DNA from: Eledone cirrhosa
Taxonomy: Eukaryota
Direction of reading: 5' to 3'
Assembly: GCA_964016885.1 (NCBI GenBank)
Contig: OZ024741.1
Location: 71,238,001 to 71,302,000, forward strand
DNA length: 64,000 nt
How positions within the stretch are numbered: the stretch's first letter is position 1; each line of letters opens with the position of its first letter. The translations under genes and the position numbers were made by a program. The notes beneath the pieces were generated by a model. The model was given only the letters and a program-made list of their open reading frames with translations. It searched no databases and was not told the origin of the DNA. Positions 39,672-52,506 of the stretch are shown piece after piece.

Positions 39672-39673
<2 letters not shown>

Positions 39674-39893
39674 TGGATGGGTGCTCACCGACATCCAGAG
39701 TTGACATTGCACTCAGTGCTCCTTTGGGAGCCCCTACATGGACACACTAGAAGAGGAAGACCAAGGTTAACGTATGTTGATGCCCTAAGGACAGACACTG
39801 GTCTGTTGGAGACGCAGGACATGGCAGCGATAATGAGGGACAGAGACCGCTGGACAGAACTCGTCCATGGATCTCGGGAATTTTACCCGCCTT
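39672..39893 (+). mobile_element. RTE/RTEX-like LINE 3' end (third family)
   Basis: RHPELTLHSVLLWEPLHGHTRRGRPRLTYVDALRTDTGL...MRDRDRW, a typical LINE ORF2 C-terminus; ends in (GA)n. Confidence 0.75.
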
Positions 39894-39894
39894 A

Positions 39895-39926
<32 letters not shown>

Positions 39927-40124
39927 AGCAGTCAAAGTGTATGATAAAGTTATATCTGTATAAATACAGAGTTTGTAACCAAGACTGCACCAACGTGTAT
40001 AAATATATTTATTGTATATAAACAACTCTTTTATGCTTAGTGGGTGAGGAAGTAGAGGCTAGAGAGTGAAGCAGTGGTGGTTCCACCAGGACAATACCCC
40101 ATGCCACAAATCAATGCCGGTGAC

Positions 40125-40445
40125 AACCTGGGGAATGAAAGTGGTACAACACCCACCCTAATAAAGCCTTGATCTGGTTCCTTGTGACTTCTTCCTGTTC
40201 ATGCACATAAAAGAAGCCTCAGGAGAATCAGATTCAAGTTAACACAGGAGCTGAAGGAAGTATCGACAAAATTTCCTGATGTGACTGCAGAAGGACTAGG
40301 GGGAGGTATTCCAGGAATGAGGAAGACGTCTGCGCAAGTGTGTAAATAAATGCGAGAGGTCATTATTTTGAAGGTGACAAAGTTTTGTTATCTAGTGAAA
40401 ATAAATAATGTCTCTCCTGAAATTTCCTCATTACTTACTGAATAT
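40125..40445 (+). pseudogene. Mariner transposase C-terminal relic with probable 3' TIR
   Basis: VVQHPP*.SLDLVPCDFFLF (YSPDLAPCDFFLF motif), later RGHYFEGD, then cattacttactgaa. Confidence 0.8.
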
Positions 40446-41531
40446 AAACAAATGTCGCCAGCTGCTTTAAACATTGCTGATATGAAGACGCATGCAGTAA
40501 ACAATTGTTAATATTAAGTTTTGCCTACTTTGTTGACTACCAAGCTCAGTTTCTGCCTACCAAACTCATTCAAAAGGTACTGGTCAACCAGTGGCTACAG
40601 AAGAAAACACGCCGAAGGTACCACAGTGGAATGGAATACGAAAAACCACCTGATTGTGAAGAAAACAGCTATGATTGCACTTATGATATATATATATCAA
40701 GGAACCCCCCAAAAAACGAACAAACAAGACGATGCACTAACATGAAGTTGTATTAGTTTTACGCTTGCAGGATGAAGAGTGAGTTTGTAAGTTTATATTA
40801 TATATGTATATACGTGTGTGTGTGTGTGTAAATATAGTTAGAAACCGATATTACACTGAATAATTTGTCGCAAGAATATATATATACACATACATACATA
40901 TATATATAAGTTTGCTCCATAGTCTAGTTATAATATCTCGGGTTCGATGTCCATGCGTGTCATCTTGGTTTGAGCACTATGTGGAAGTCTATTGGTTTGA
41001 CAGTACCTGTAAATCTGCATAAGTACAGATGTCAATACGTCCTTCTATAATACAATTAAGAGATAGTTCAATTGATTGAACAAGCGGAATAAAAATCGTC
41101 GAAATCGACGGGCATCCATTTATATTTGTTATGCGTGTGTGTGTGGGGGGGGGGGGGCTCTCGTATTAAGGTAGAAGCATTAATGTCACAAGCTCCGGAA
41201 CGCCTTTACAAACTTCAGGCTTTATGAATGACTAAGAAACCTTGTGTATGTGTGGTGTACGTATTTACATGTGTGTTTGTCTGGTGTGCATGTATATGTA
41301 TGTGTGTCTAGTATGTGTATGTGTGTACCAATAGAGCTCTACGCTGTGTTCGATTGACCAGTGTAAACAATAGAGAAATACTAACTTGTAAGAGATAGAG
41401 AAAGATAGACAGAGGTTGTGTTGACATTACATTGGTGGTTGGTTTATTATAAGAAGGGCGATGACCCTCCAGAGAGAATGTGTGTGTCATTGCACGATTA
41501 TATGAATGTTTGTAACTGTGTGTGTCACTTT

Positions 41532-41612
<81 letters not shown>

Positions 41613-42000
41613 TAGTGTATGTTGGTGGTTTATTAAAGAATGAGCGATGACCGTTCAGTGTGAGTATATGTGATACACTTCATAACTATATGAGTGTGTG
41701 TGTGTATATATATATATAGGAGAGTCACTTTAAGACAACGCGTATGTGTATATGCGTGTATCATTTCACCACTATGTATGCGTGTGTCATTTTAACACTG
41801 TATGTATAAGTATGAGAGTATGTGCGCGAGAGCGTAGTATATATGGGATAGTAATTGTCACTTAAAAGTCTGTCTAATATGTGTGTAATTTATAGGCGAG
41901 AGTGGTTGTCATTCTAAGATGTGCATATTTATAATATATATATATACATACACAAACGCACACATACACATATCTATATATATATATCTATATATATATA

Positions 42001-42062
<62 letters not shown>

Positions 42063-42097
42063 CAGACAGACAGCACAATAATAAATCACTACACAGA

Positions 42098-42134
<37 letters not shown>

Positions 42135-42273
42135 GAGTTAAACAAGATTCAATGAGTATATCAGAGAATGAGTTTTACAGTAGATTGGAAGCACTCTACG
42201 AAAAATAATTTTCCAGAGTTATTAATATTAAAATACAAATATTAATAAAATAGATGTTCTTTTGATCAATTAC

Positions 42274-42326
42274 ATTTTATTATACATATTTCGGAGGTAC
42301 AACAGTACATCCTCATCAGACAAAAT
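42274..42326 (-). ncRNA. Minimal type-I hammerhead ribozyme motif
   Basis: Reverse complement of 42395-42447; stem I extends to attatattttgt/ataaaatgtaat. Confidence 0.85.
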
Positions 42327-42394
42327 ATAATGGTTAAGATTTAATCATTAAATCTTAAACATTTAACATCTCAGGGTATGTCATGTATCATTAT

Positions 42395-42447
42395 ATTTTG
42401 TCTGATGAGGATGTACTGTTGTACCTCCGAAATATGTATAATAAAAT
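42395..42447 (+). ncRNA. Minimal type-I hammerhead ribozyme motif
   Basis: attttgt CTGATGA ggatgtac-tgtt-gtacctcc GAAA tatgta TA ataaaat; canonical G10.1-C11.1 pair; predicted cut after 42440. Confidence 0.85.
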
Positions 42448-42492
42448 TTAATTGATCAAAAGAACATCTATTTTATTAATATTTGTATTTTA

Positions 42493-42541
<49 letters not shown>

Positions 42542-42610
42542 AGTCCGTTGTTTAAAAAAGAAACAAGAACCCACACAAATGTAGATGGTGAAACAAAAAC
42601 TTGGTGAAAG

Positions 42611-42669
<59 letters not shown>

Positions 42670-42763
42670 GAGTGTGTGTGTGTATGTTGAATTTTTAAAG
42701 AACTAGCACAAAGTTACAAATAACTAATGACAAATATACAACCAAACATATTGTGAGGTCAGT

Positions 42764-42820
<57 letters not shown>

Positions 42821-43437
42821 CGCTTGCACACACAAACACAAGACAATACAACATAAAACTAAAGAACAGGCTGTGGATACGTTTACGAAGTCGATGTATA
42901 GTTAGTGATTTCTTTAAAACCATTCTCTCACTTTTCTGCCACTAATCAATAATAATTTCCTTTTATTTTCCACAAGAGAAATGGGTGAGGGGGCATTACA
43001 CACACAAACTGTGAATTTATGCAAGAAAAACAAAATGATAATTTATTTATTAGCCACTGAGCCCGAACGTAAAATAACAAAGATTTCTAATATAGGCACA
43101 AGACCTGAAATTTTGGAGAGGACGCAAACAGTCGATTACATGGAGGTCAGTACATGACTGGTACTGTACAAGTAAAGTACTATGCATGTTCTGAGATCGC
43201 TGTTTTAAATGCTGCAAGTGTATATAAAACGTTCAGACCTAGACTGAATGAGCACAGTATATTTGAGTATATTTTCTGAAGAAAAAGGTGGCAGTGACTC
43301 CGAAGTTTCAGCAAGTGTTTCTTCCGATTCATATATATGTATATATATATGTATGTGTGTGTGTGTGTATGCATTGTGTGTGTGAGGCCGTCGGCACAAT
43401 ACGAACGAGAGCAATAACTTGAAGAAAAACAACTTAC

Positions 43438-43740
43438 CTCGGTTTGTTTTTGAATTTGCAGATTAAAGGAAATCCAGTATCTTAATTAAAACCATTCAAG
43501 ATATATATATATTAAGTAATGTATTGTCTGTTTTATTTAGATGTGTTATCTTATTGGGTAGTGGCGGGGATATAATAAAAGTTTTTTTCTCTTTTGTTTA
43601 ATTTGTAGTTGTTCCTGTTGTTATTGTTGCTATTTTCCCCTTTGTTGTTTTTTTTTTCTTCGGCGTTGCGAATGTTTTAAGCTGTCTCCCATCCAGTAAA
43701 AGGACAGTGTGACTGTGGAGAAGGTGTGAGAGGAACTGAT
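43438..43740 (-). promoter_or_regulatory. Candidate core promoter and non-coding first exon of a minus-strand gene
   Basis: Inr-like TCAGTT (43739-43734) downstream of a long CT/GA-rich tract, A-rich leader, consensus donor GAG|GTAAGT at 43438/43437, locally elevated CpG. Confidence 0.45.
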
Positions 43741-44400
43741 AGCCGAACAGTAGAATTGTTAGAGAGAGAGCGTGAGAGAGAGAGGAGTGCTATGGGATTA
43801 TGAGAGAGGGGTGAAATGACTGATGGAAGGTGATCAAAGAGTAAAAGAAAGGAGGAGTGTGAAAGTGAGAAAGTATGAGGAGAAAGAAAAAAAAGAGAGA
43901 ATAGCAGTGAAAGAGTAAGAGGTTTAAAAAAGAAAGAAGTGAAAGAGTAAGAAGAAACAAAGAAGAAACAAAGAATAGAAGTGAAAGTGTAAGAGAAAGA
44001 GAGTAAACGAAATAGTGGGTGAAATGAAATGGTAAGAGATAAAGAAATAGAAAGAGAGAGAGAAAAAAGTGTGTGAGAGTGAAAAAAGAGATGGAAATAG
44101 AGAGTATTTAAAGCACCAAAAATGACTGTTAACTAATGTGCATATGTATGTTTATGTGTCTATAATGTATGTGAGTACGAGCGGCAAGCTTAACTGAAAG
44201 TATGGAGATATGAGAGAGGTGGAGAGAAACTATGAGAGAGAGAGAGAGTGTGTGTGTGACAGACGTCAGGTGAAATGTATGGGACGACAGAGGTACAGAA
44301 GAAAGAGTGAGAAAGAAAAGTAAGAAAGTAGAAGAGAGGAAAACACATGCACACACATGTATGTGTGTGCATGTGTTTATACATATATATGTGTGTGTAA

Positions 44401-44433
<33 letters not shown>

Positions 44434-44559
44434 ATATATATATATATATATCGTGTATAAAGGTAACACTAGTAGTATGAGAAGGAATACAAGCTGGGGA
44501 TGGAGGAGAGAATTATTACGCCATCTCAAAGCCTCACCTAGAAATTTAAGACGGAATAT

Positions 44560-45010
44560 TTTTCTTTTCTTTTCTATCACTCATTCCTTCTTTCATTCTT
44601 GTCTGTCTTATTTACCCTTTACTTTTTTCTTTCTTTTCAATCTCTTTTTCATTTGATATTTCTTTCTTTTACTTTCTTTTTCATTCTCTCATTCTTTCTT
44701 TCTTTGTTCTCTATCTCACAATTTCTTTCTTTACTATCTCTCTGTCATTCACTCTTAACCCCCTTTGTTTGTCTTTTTCCTCCCTTCTTTATTCTCTATC
44801 CCTTTTTAACTCATTCATTCTTTCATTTTCTTCTATCTCTTTCATTTATTCTTTCCTTCTTTTCTCTTTGTCCCTTTTTTCATTCATTTCCCCCTTTCTT
44901 CTCTATCTCTTCTCTAGCTCCATTATTCTGCCTTCTCAATCTCATTTTAATTCATTCATTGTTTCTTTTTTCTCTCCATCTCCCTTTATTCCGTCTTTCT
45001 TTATCTCTCT
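44560..45010. repeat. Pyrimidine-rich low-complexity tract
   Basis: Directly visible. Confidence 0.85.
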
Positions 45011-45782
45011 GATTAAAATAATCTCTTTTATAATTAAAATAACATTAGTCATTAAGCTCATAGTCATTCACCCACTTCTCTTCACCTCATTAGTATTTCT
45101 AATTAGATAGTTGATGCTCACAGCAATTAAATACATTCGCCCCATTCTTAACTGTTGATTTTCATACAGATCGCGCCTCTATGTAATTAACTTCCGTATG
45201 TTATTGTCCCTACGCTTCTTGCGACATCTTGCATTAAAAAAAGTTTTAAGTCGGTGAATTACATATTTGACATATGACCTCACGCTTTTCACCTTTTTCC
45301 TACGTAACTTCACATAAATACGTACCTCATTAGGCTCCAGCTGATATTGACTGCTTTCGTTCACATCATCATCATCATCATTTAACATGAAGCTTCCCTG
45401 CTAGTAAGTGTTGGCCAGGTCCCCACATACCAAGTCAATACTCAAGCAGATCCACCAACCTCTCGGATGGGCCAGAGGCCTGCATCTCGTTTACAGATGT
45501 TCCCATGCCCTACTGAGTGTATTTTATCATGGCACCAGCACTTATTGGGTGCATTTATCATGTAAATTAACAATAGTAGGGAGGTTGTTATGTCTTTGAC
45601 ACTGCTGGAGAGTCTTCCCAACCCTTTGTTTAGCAGGTTTTCAATGGCTGAATGTTCTTCCTATCACCAACCACTTTACAGAGTGTAGTGGGTATGTTTA
45701 TCATGTAGATCACCAACACTAGGGATGTTATCATGTCTTTGACACTGATTATATATGCACTAGTTTACCCATGCTGTCAAAA

Positions 45783-45972
45783 ATGTTTTCAACTTTAGGC
45801 ACAAGTTCAGCAATTTTGGTGGAAGGCAAAGCCTTGACTGGTACTTTATTTTATCAACCCTGGAAGGGTGAAAGTCAAAGTTGACTATGACAGTATTTGA
45901 ACTCAGAATGTAAAGAGCCAGAACAAATAGTGTTCAGCATTTCTCCAACACTAACAACTCTGTTAATCCACT
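45783..45972 (-). mobile_element. SINE family B, degenerate
   Basis: ctggtactttattttatcaaccctggaagggtgaaagtcaaagttgac...tttgaactcag. Confidence 0.7.
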
Positions 45973-46004
45973 GTAGCATTGAACATATTTAATTGTTTGG
46001 GGTA

Positions 46005-46300
46005 TGCCACTACTTCTGCAAATTGAGAGATCACAGCTCTGATACTATGGGCATGTGGTTAGAATGTCCCAGGAAAGAATCACTGGACAGATTTTATGGG
46101 CAAAACCTACTGGCCTTATACCCAGGATAGACCCCGAGCAAGATGGTTGGATAACATCCATGAGTTTGGCTGGTCACGCTTGGGGATCCAGCCACATCAG
46201 TTAGAGACGGTTGCTTCTGACAGGACTTACTGGAGGGAGTGTTTGAGGACTCTGCCCCAAGGACCCTCTCAGGAATAACTGGGTGAAGAAAAGGAGATGG
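46005..46300 (+). mobile_element. RTE-like LINE 3' end
   Basis: PLLLQIERSQL*YYGHVVRMSQERIT...DRPRARWLDNI...DRTYWR. Confidence 0.8.
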
Positions 46301-46675
46301 ATTGCTACGCCATATATACCAGGATTACCGGATGTATAAACAATCATACAAACTAGGAAGTTGGCATTTTCATAAATTAATGATTTGCATAAGGAAACAC
46401 ATGGAAATGATTAAAGATAAGAATGATATTTTAGTAATTTATTTCTAGGATATAAATGTTCAGCATATATATACAAACAACATACAGGATTGAATGTATA
46501 ATGTCAGAGAAATATCTATTTACAGAGACAAATGAAGGATTAGAAACTTGGACCTTGTGATTGGGAAGTGAACTTCTGATATAGTAACTGCATTGTGTGT
46601 TAGTGTATGTATATTTGTGTGAGTAAATTTTAAAGAGTTACTGACAGATATTTATATAAATAAATATACTAACAA

Positions 46676-46865
46676 GTGGATTGGCAGTATCGGTAGAGGG
46701 TCAGACGCCATGCTTTGACGCATAGAGTTACGGCCCTTGCCATTCTGAGTTCAAATCCCGCTGAGGTTAACTTTGCCTTTCATCCTTACGGGGTCGATAA
46801 AATAAAAAGTACCAGTAATGTATTGGGTAATTGCTGGCCTTGTGCCAAATGTAGAAACAATTATT
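46676..46865 (+). mobile_element. SINE family B, young copy
   Basis: Near-identical to the reverse complement of 30738-30932. Confidence 0.9.
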
Positions 46866-47468
46866 ATGGTTGATGGTAGACAAAATACTCCAGACAACAT
46901 TGACAACAAGCATTACACTAATGTACAGTGAAACAATAAGTTTATATAAACTGGGTTTCAAGAAGATATTTTAACAATAAATAACATATTTCTTTCAGAG
47001 GATTAGTTTTCTATTTTTGTTGTAGTTGTTGGTGACTGTATTTTTTTTGTTGTTTTTTTAAATATATATTACATATATGAGGTCTTGTCCACATACATGT
47101 GTATGTTTTTATGAGTATATTTTAAAGAATTACAGAAAAGTATGCACGTAGTGTAATAAATATTATGGTTGATATTAACAAATTCTATTATTCCAGTATC
47201 TTTTGTTCATAATTGAGTGTCATTTATTCTTACATTTTACATCTTTTTTGTTATTCTTCTTCATATCTTATTTTGGCAATCACCATAGAATAGGACATTA
47301 GCTTATAGCAAACTGAGTCTCCAACACAAGTTTTGAATTTTGATTATAGCTATTTCATTAATTTCCCTGGAACAGAGACAAATATAACAACAGCCATTTT
47401 TTGTTTAACATCTTCATGTTTACTGCCTTTTCATGTTGAAAACATAGGTTGTTGTTTGATTTCTGAAA

Positions 47469-47933
47469 TTAACCCTTTTGATACCTATCCACCCAAAACC
47501 AGCTCTGTTTCTATGAATCAAAACCACCCATTTTAAACGGCTTCTGTTTAAATAAGAATTGTCCAACATAATTTGCTATCAGAACCTTTTGTTAAGTTAT
47601 GTTATAAATATCACCTTAATAATTCTTTCTAAAATTGGAAGCAATTTGAGGGAAAGAGAAGGCCGATTATATCAACCCCAGTACTTAACTGGTACTGTAT
47701 TTTATCGACCGCAAAAGTACAAACGACCTCAGTGAGATTTTAATTTAGAACATAGAAAGTCATGACTAAATATCATAAAGCATTTTGTCCAACACTCTCC
47801 GATATTGCCAATCCACCACCCTTACCAACTTAATACTGAAATAATGAATAATTTTAGGAAATCCATCCAAATTTTTCATTAATTGATTAAAATACAGTAT
47901 ATTTCATTAGAAATATGATAAGGAAAGGGTTAA
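47469..47933. mobile_element. TTAA-type MITE-like element with a nested minus-strand SINE B (47630-47822)
   Basis: ttaacccttttgatacc ... aggaaagggttaa ends; SINE core tttatcgacc inside. Confidence 0.55.
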
Positions 47934-48527
47934 GTAACGTTGAACCAAGCTAGTTCTGAGATGCTATAAGCATTTTTCCTTTGACAGCAAATTAGCAAAG
48001 TTGTTAGGGTGTCAGATTAAATACCTTGGCATTTATTCCAGTTCTCGGTGCTCTGAATTCAAATCATTGTTGAGGTCAACTTTGCCTTTCATCCTTTCAG
48101 GATCTGATAAATAAAGTGCTGGTAAAGAATAAAACAGGATGCTTTGTGGTGTCTGATACTGTTGTGTGCACTTTGAGTTCAAATTGTGTCGTCAGCCAAG
48201 AGTCATAACTCCTGGCATATAGTATCAGCAATGGAAACATAATTTCCTTGGTTTAATTTGATAATTGGCTACTTTCCTTTCTTTTTTTCATTCTGAAACC
48301 AATAAAGCATTTATAGATTTCCTCAAATCACACTAAAGAAAACTCATTAAACTCAAGTTACTGAGTCTATTTAATGAATGGAATAAATGAATGAATATTG
48401 ATTTTTAATGTAGCAGTATGTTCTATTATACCCATGGACTGACTAATTACTTATGAGGGAATTTACTTGATGAAAACTATATGGAAGATTATCCTATATA
48501 TATATGTGTGTGTGTTTGAATTAACAA

Positions 48528-49110
48528 CGATTATAGTGAGGAACTTAGTATGCAAGTTGGGGTCTATCAGGGATCTGTTCTTAGCTCTCTCCTGTTTATT
48601 ATCATCCAGCATGCTATAACTGAAGAGTTTAAAACTGGCTGCCCATGAGAACTCCTATATGCCAACAATCTAACATTCATTTCTGAATCCATGGCAGAAT
48701 TAGAGAAAAAAATTCTGACCTGAAAGCATAGCTTGGAAGCAAAAGATCTTAAAGTCAACTTGGCAAAGACAAAAGCCTTAGTAAGTAAAAAGGAAAACAA
48801 GACCCTGATCTCTTCAGGGAAATCGCCTTGCTCAGTATGTAGGAGACTATTGGGTTAAAATTTCATCCTAAGTCCAAAATGAAAATTATGGGTACATAAG
48901 AGATGTGGCAGACTAGAAAAGAATGTAGGATTTATATGTGGTCGATGCTCAGGAACAGTAAACAAGAGCTCACAGGAAACAATCTCTATTAAATGCTCAG
49001 TAGCTGATAGCTTCTGTTACCTGAAGGACTAAATTAGCAGTGTGGGGGTGGGTGTTCAGAAAGCACAGTTGCCATAGTGAGAACAGAATGGAAGAAGTTC
49101 AGGGATCTGT
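48528..49110 (+). mobile_element. Decayed internal RTE RT fragment (PHD-bearing family)
   Basis: YSEELSMQVGVYQGSVLSSLLFIIIQHAITEEFKTGCP*ELLYANNL...SGKSPCSVCR...WVHKRC. Confidence 0.88.
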
Positions 49111-49279
49111 ACAGAAAATCTTACAGAACTTATCTAGGGAATAGCCGTTGTTATTATGGGAGACTGCCAGGCCATCATCACTATAGAAGCCAATGGTGTG
49201 GTCGGGGAATTTCTCCTTGAGGGTATAAAGGATAAATAATTGTTTCTACTTTTGGCACAAGGCCAGCAATTATCCCAGT

Positions 49280-50214
49280 GCCTGATAAATAATCCAACCA
49301 AATCAGACATCTGTGCTGTCGTACAACCCAGCAAGACATCAAATAGGTCCTCTGAGTTTGAATTTTTAACCCAGGTGGAGTTGTTTGCATAATTACATCT
49401 ATTTTCTAGTCAATGATTAGGCTGAAGTGGCAGGCAAAGTCTAAAGCTCTATCTAATAGTAAATGAAATATAGAAGTTTAAAGTGATGGCAAATTGTGTG
49501 AACCTAGCTTTATTTTTATCAGAGATATTATTGGACTATGATATTACTAAAGATGTATTAATCCACTGTAATAGGTTAGCTTTACTATTTGTACATTTAT
49601 TTATATCTCTTAGTATCTTCTTACTGGCTAATCCTATCTCAATTCTAGAGGGGTTTATCAATCTACAATTAGGCCTATTATTGAAGTCTTGTTTATGATC
49701 CTTCAAAGTATATAAGCACTACGATTGGCTAAGCTTTCCAGTCTTTTATCTATCTTTAAGTATTTAGCAATATCTTTAGCTTCATTGTTGATATTATCGT
49801 AGGTGCTTGGTTTAGCTTTCTGGTATTTGTTAGTGATATAATTAAGTAACAGTTGATTATATTTATATGTTTTATATGATTATATTTTTTTTTTATCAGA
49901 GAAAACAAAAATATTTCTAGAAGATTTAATTTTGTTGATATCGTGTGAAAGTTTAGCTTGGAAATGGTTATGGGATTTTATATTATTAATTATATGAAAT
50001 AAATCCACTTCAAACGGTGCTAATTCTCTAACTCTAGGAGGGAAAATACTTGACTTGATATGAAAATGTTCAGTGGCTGTGGTAGCTATCTCTCTATAGA
50101 ACAGTAGTGCCTTCCATCTCAGCCTGCACACAACATTTTCCACTTTCTCTATGAGCATTCTGGTGTAATTGGTGTTGGTTGGTGTAAGGTCATGTGACAA
50201 CCCCTTTGTGTAAC
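49280..50214 (-). pseudogene. Penelope-like element reverse transcriptase relic (N-terminal region to RT motif 4)
   Basis: MLIEKVENVVCRLRWKA...PPRVRELAPFEVDL...INKIKSSRNIFVFSDK, then LKDHKQDFNNRPNCRLINPS..IGLASKKIL, LLQWINT, FDVLLG..AQMSDLVGLFI, recognisable as PLE RT motifs; frameshifted. Confidence 0.8.
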
Positions 50215-50441
50215 CTGAAATTATAAAACAAGAATGAAAATGAAAAACACAGATCTCTTTTCATAGTTGTCTCACTTCCTCTACATGCACAATGTTTTGT
50301 GATAAGTATACACTTCATTCGTTTAATTTCATAGTTTATATGGACATATTACTGTCTAAGAAATAATTATTATGTTTAAGAAATAATCTTCTATCGCCCT
50401 TCATATAAATATATTAATAGTATAGAATAAACAAACACAGG

Positions 50442-50483
<42 letters not shown>

Positions 50484-50998
50484 ATGTATTTCATATATCT
50501 ATAAGTTATCGAAGCCATAGTAATCATATTTATTATGGCTCTGGCTGCTCTCATTACACACTCAATGAGACAAGATTTGAATGTGGGAGCACACAAAACT
50601 GTACTCAAAGTGCACACTATACATTATTCGTAATGGGGGTGACAGCATGTAGAATATGGTAAATTTATACCATCTGCCCCGGACCAAAAATCTTAGGTTT
50701 CTGCGAGTGTACACTGCGGTTATACGGTGCATAAAGTTTCCAAGTCAATTTTATAGCGTTTCTTCAGCAGGATAGTATTTCCAATGAATGAAAAGGCCCT
50801 AGTGTCTAGCTGTATGCATCACATTAAGAATTTCTACAATACTGAAAACTGACAGCCAGCAGCATGTGACATCATGCTAAGAAGAAAGGGTCAATATGGT
50901 GGAAGTTGAGGAAATTGAATTATGAAAATACCTTCTACTCACAGTCCTTGCTGTTCTATTGAGTGGAAGAATATTATTTATAAGTTATTGAAGCCAAT

Positions 50999-51295
50999 CA
51001 TCATCATCATTTTCCATGTGCTTTTCCGTACTTGCATGGGTTAGATGCGTTCTTTTCAGTACAGCTCTTCTCCACTCAACTGATCGCAATCCTTTGTCAT
51101 GTCTACTGAGAGTTTCAACAATTTGAGATCAGCTCTCACAACTCCTACCCAAGTCTTCCTTGGTCTTCCTCTACAGTGACTTCCTTCTGATGGGTTTTCT
51201 TGGCACATCTTCACCCAGCGATCATCATCCATGTGCATCACATGCCCATACTAACTCAGTCTTCTTTCCAGCACACAACATCTGATTCCTCTTTC
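50999..51295 (-). mobile_element. RTE LINE 3' end
   Basis: RGIRCCVLERRLS*YGHVMHMDDDRWVKMCQE...GRPRKTWVGVVRADL; (gat)n tail. Confidence 0.85.
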
Positions 51296-52475
51296 AGCTC
51301 ATCCATGCTTATTTTTTACTAATTTTGATGGTGTGTGTGTATATATATACTAGCATAAGCTAGTATATATATATATACACACACATATATATATAATGAT
51401 AATCTTCCTTACAGTTTTAGGTATTGGTCAGCCCATGGCTATAGTAGAACATGGTAGCGATGAGTGTGGTGGTGGCGGTGGTGTTGGAGTTGATGACGAT
51501 GATGATAATGATCATAATCATCATCATCATAAAGACTATCTTTTATTATGGCACATTTTACTTATGAGGTTCACAAAATTATGATTATCTGTCTGGTATC
51601 TATCAGGATCAAAAATAACACTGAGCCATGGAACAAAAAGCTTTGTTGGTCTAAGCATTCACACAAACTTTTATAATGAACCATATATACTAAGCACACA
51701 CAAAGCTTTTTAAAATTAAGTATCATTGCTACAAGAGGAAGGAACCCTACAGATGCTATTGATCAAAATATTGGTGTCTACTTGCATGCAACCTTTTTTA
51801 TATATCCATTGTCTTCTTCTTTACTGTATTTTTTCATATATTTTTTCTTCTTCCTCTTCTTCTTCTTCTTCTTTTTCTTCTTTTTCTTCTTCATATTGCT
51901 TGGCTTTTTGTTAAGACATATTGGTTGATCCACTGAATAAAGTTTACTGAATAAAACACTGATTAAAAGTATATTTACCCATTTATTATCAGCAACTGAG
52001 ATTCTAGAGTGTTCTAGTATCTTGTACGATATTCCGTAAAGAAATACCTATTCCTATTTCTCTACTCTTAATCCAGGCAACGTTATTGTATTATATATGT
52101 GTGTGTGTGTATACATACATTTATATTGTATTATTACATTTATATGTATATATGTGTGTGTGTGTGTATATGTGTGTTTATATATATAGATAGATAGATA
52201 GATAGATAGATATGTTTTGTTCTTTTTCTTCCTTTCTTTTTTTAAAAAAAGAATATGGTAACTTTTTCTTCAAATATTTTATTTATCTTTTATCAAAAAC
52301 TCACATCAAAGTAAGAAATGAGCTGCGGAATAGAAATCCAGATGGCTTTCAAATTATATATATAATATATATATATATACACATGAATATGTGTGTATGT
52401 ATTTGTATGTATATATACACACATATTAACGCATACACACATATATATGAATGTATATTTATGTATATATATATA

Positions 52476-52506
<31 letters not shown>

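Larger units (their letters stand above)
42130..42496. mobile_element. Penelope-like element (subfamily 3): 108-bp inverted arms with a 56-bp spacer plus left extension
   Basis: 42225-42332 is the reverse complement of 42389-42496 (one mismatch seen); flanked by (TA)n and (TA)(CA)n. Confidence 0.85.

Noticed and set aside
45179-45388. Basic ORF with FFNARCRKKR, reminiscent of homeodomain helix 3
   Set aside because: Lacks the invariant W and helices 1-2; the ORF start derives from a (GAT)n TE tail.
50320-50420. Possible degenerate hammerhead upstream of the PLE ORF
   Set aside because: No intact CUGANGA or GAAA-stem III arrangement could be built on either strand.
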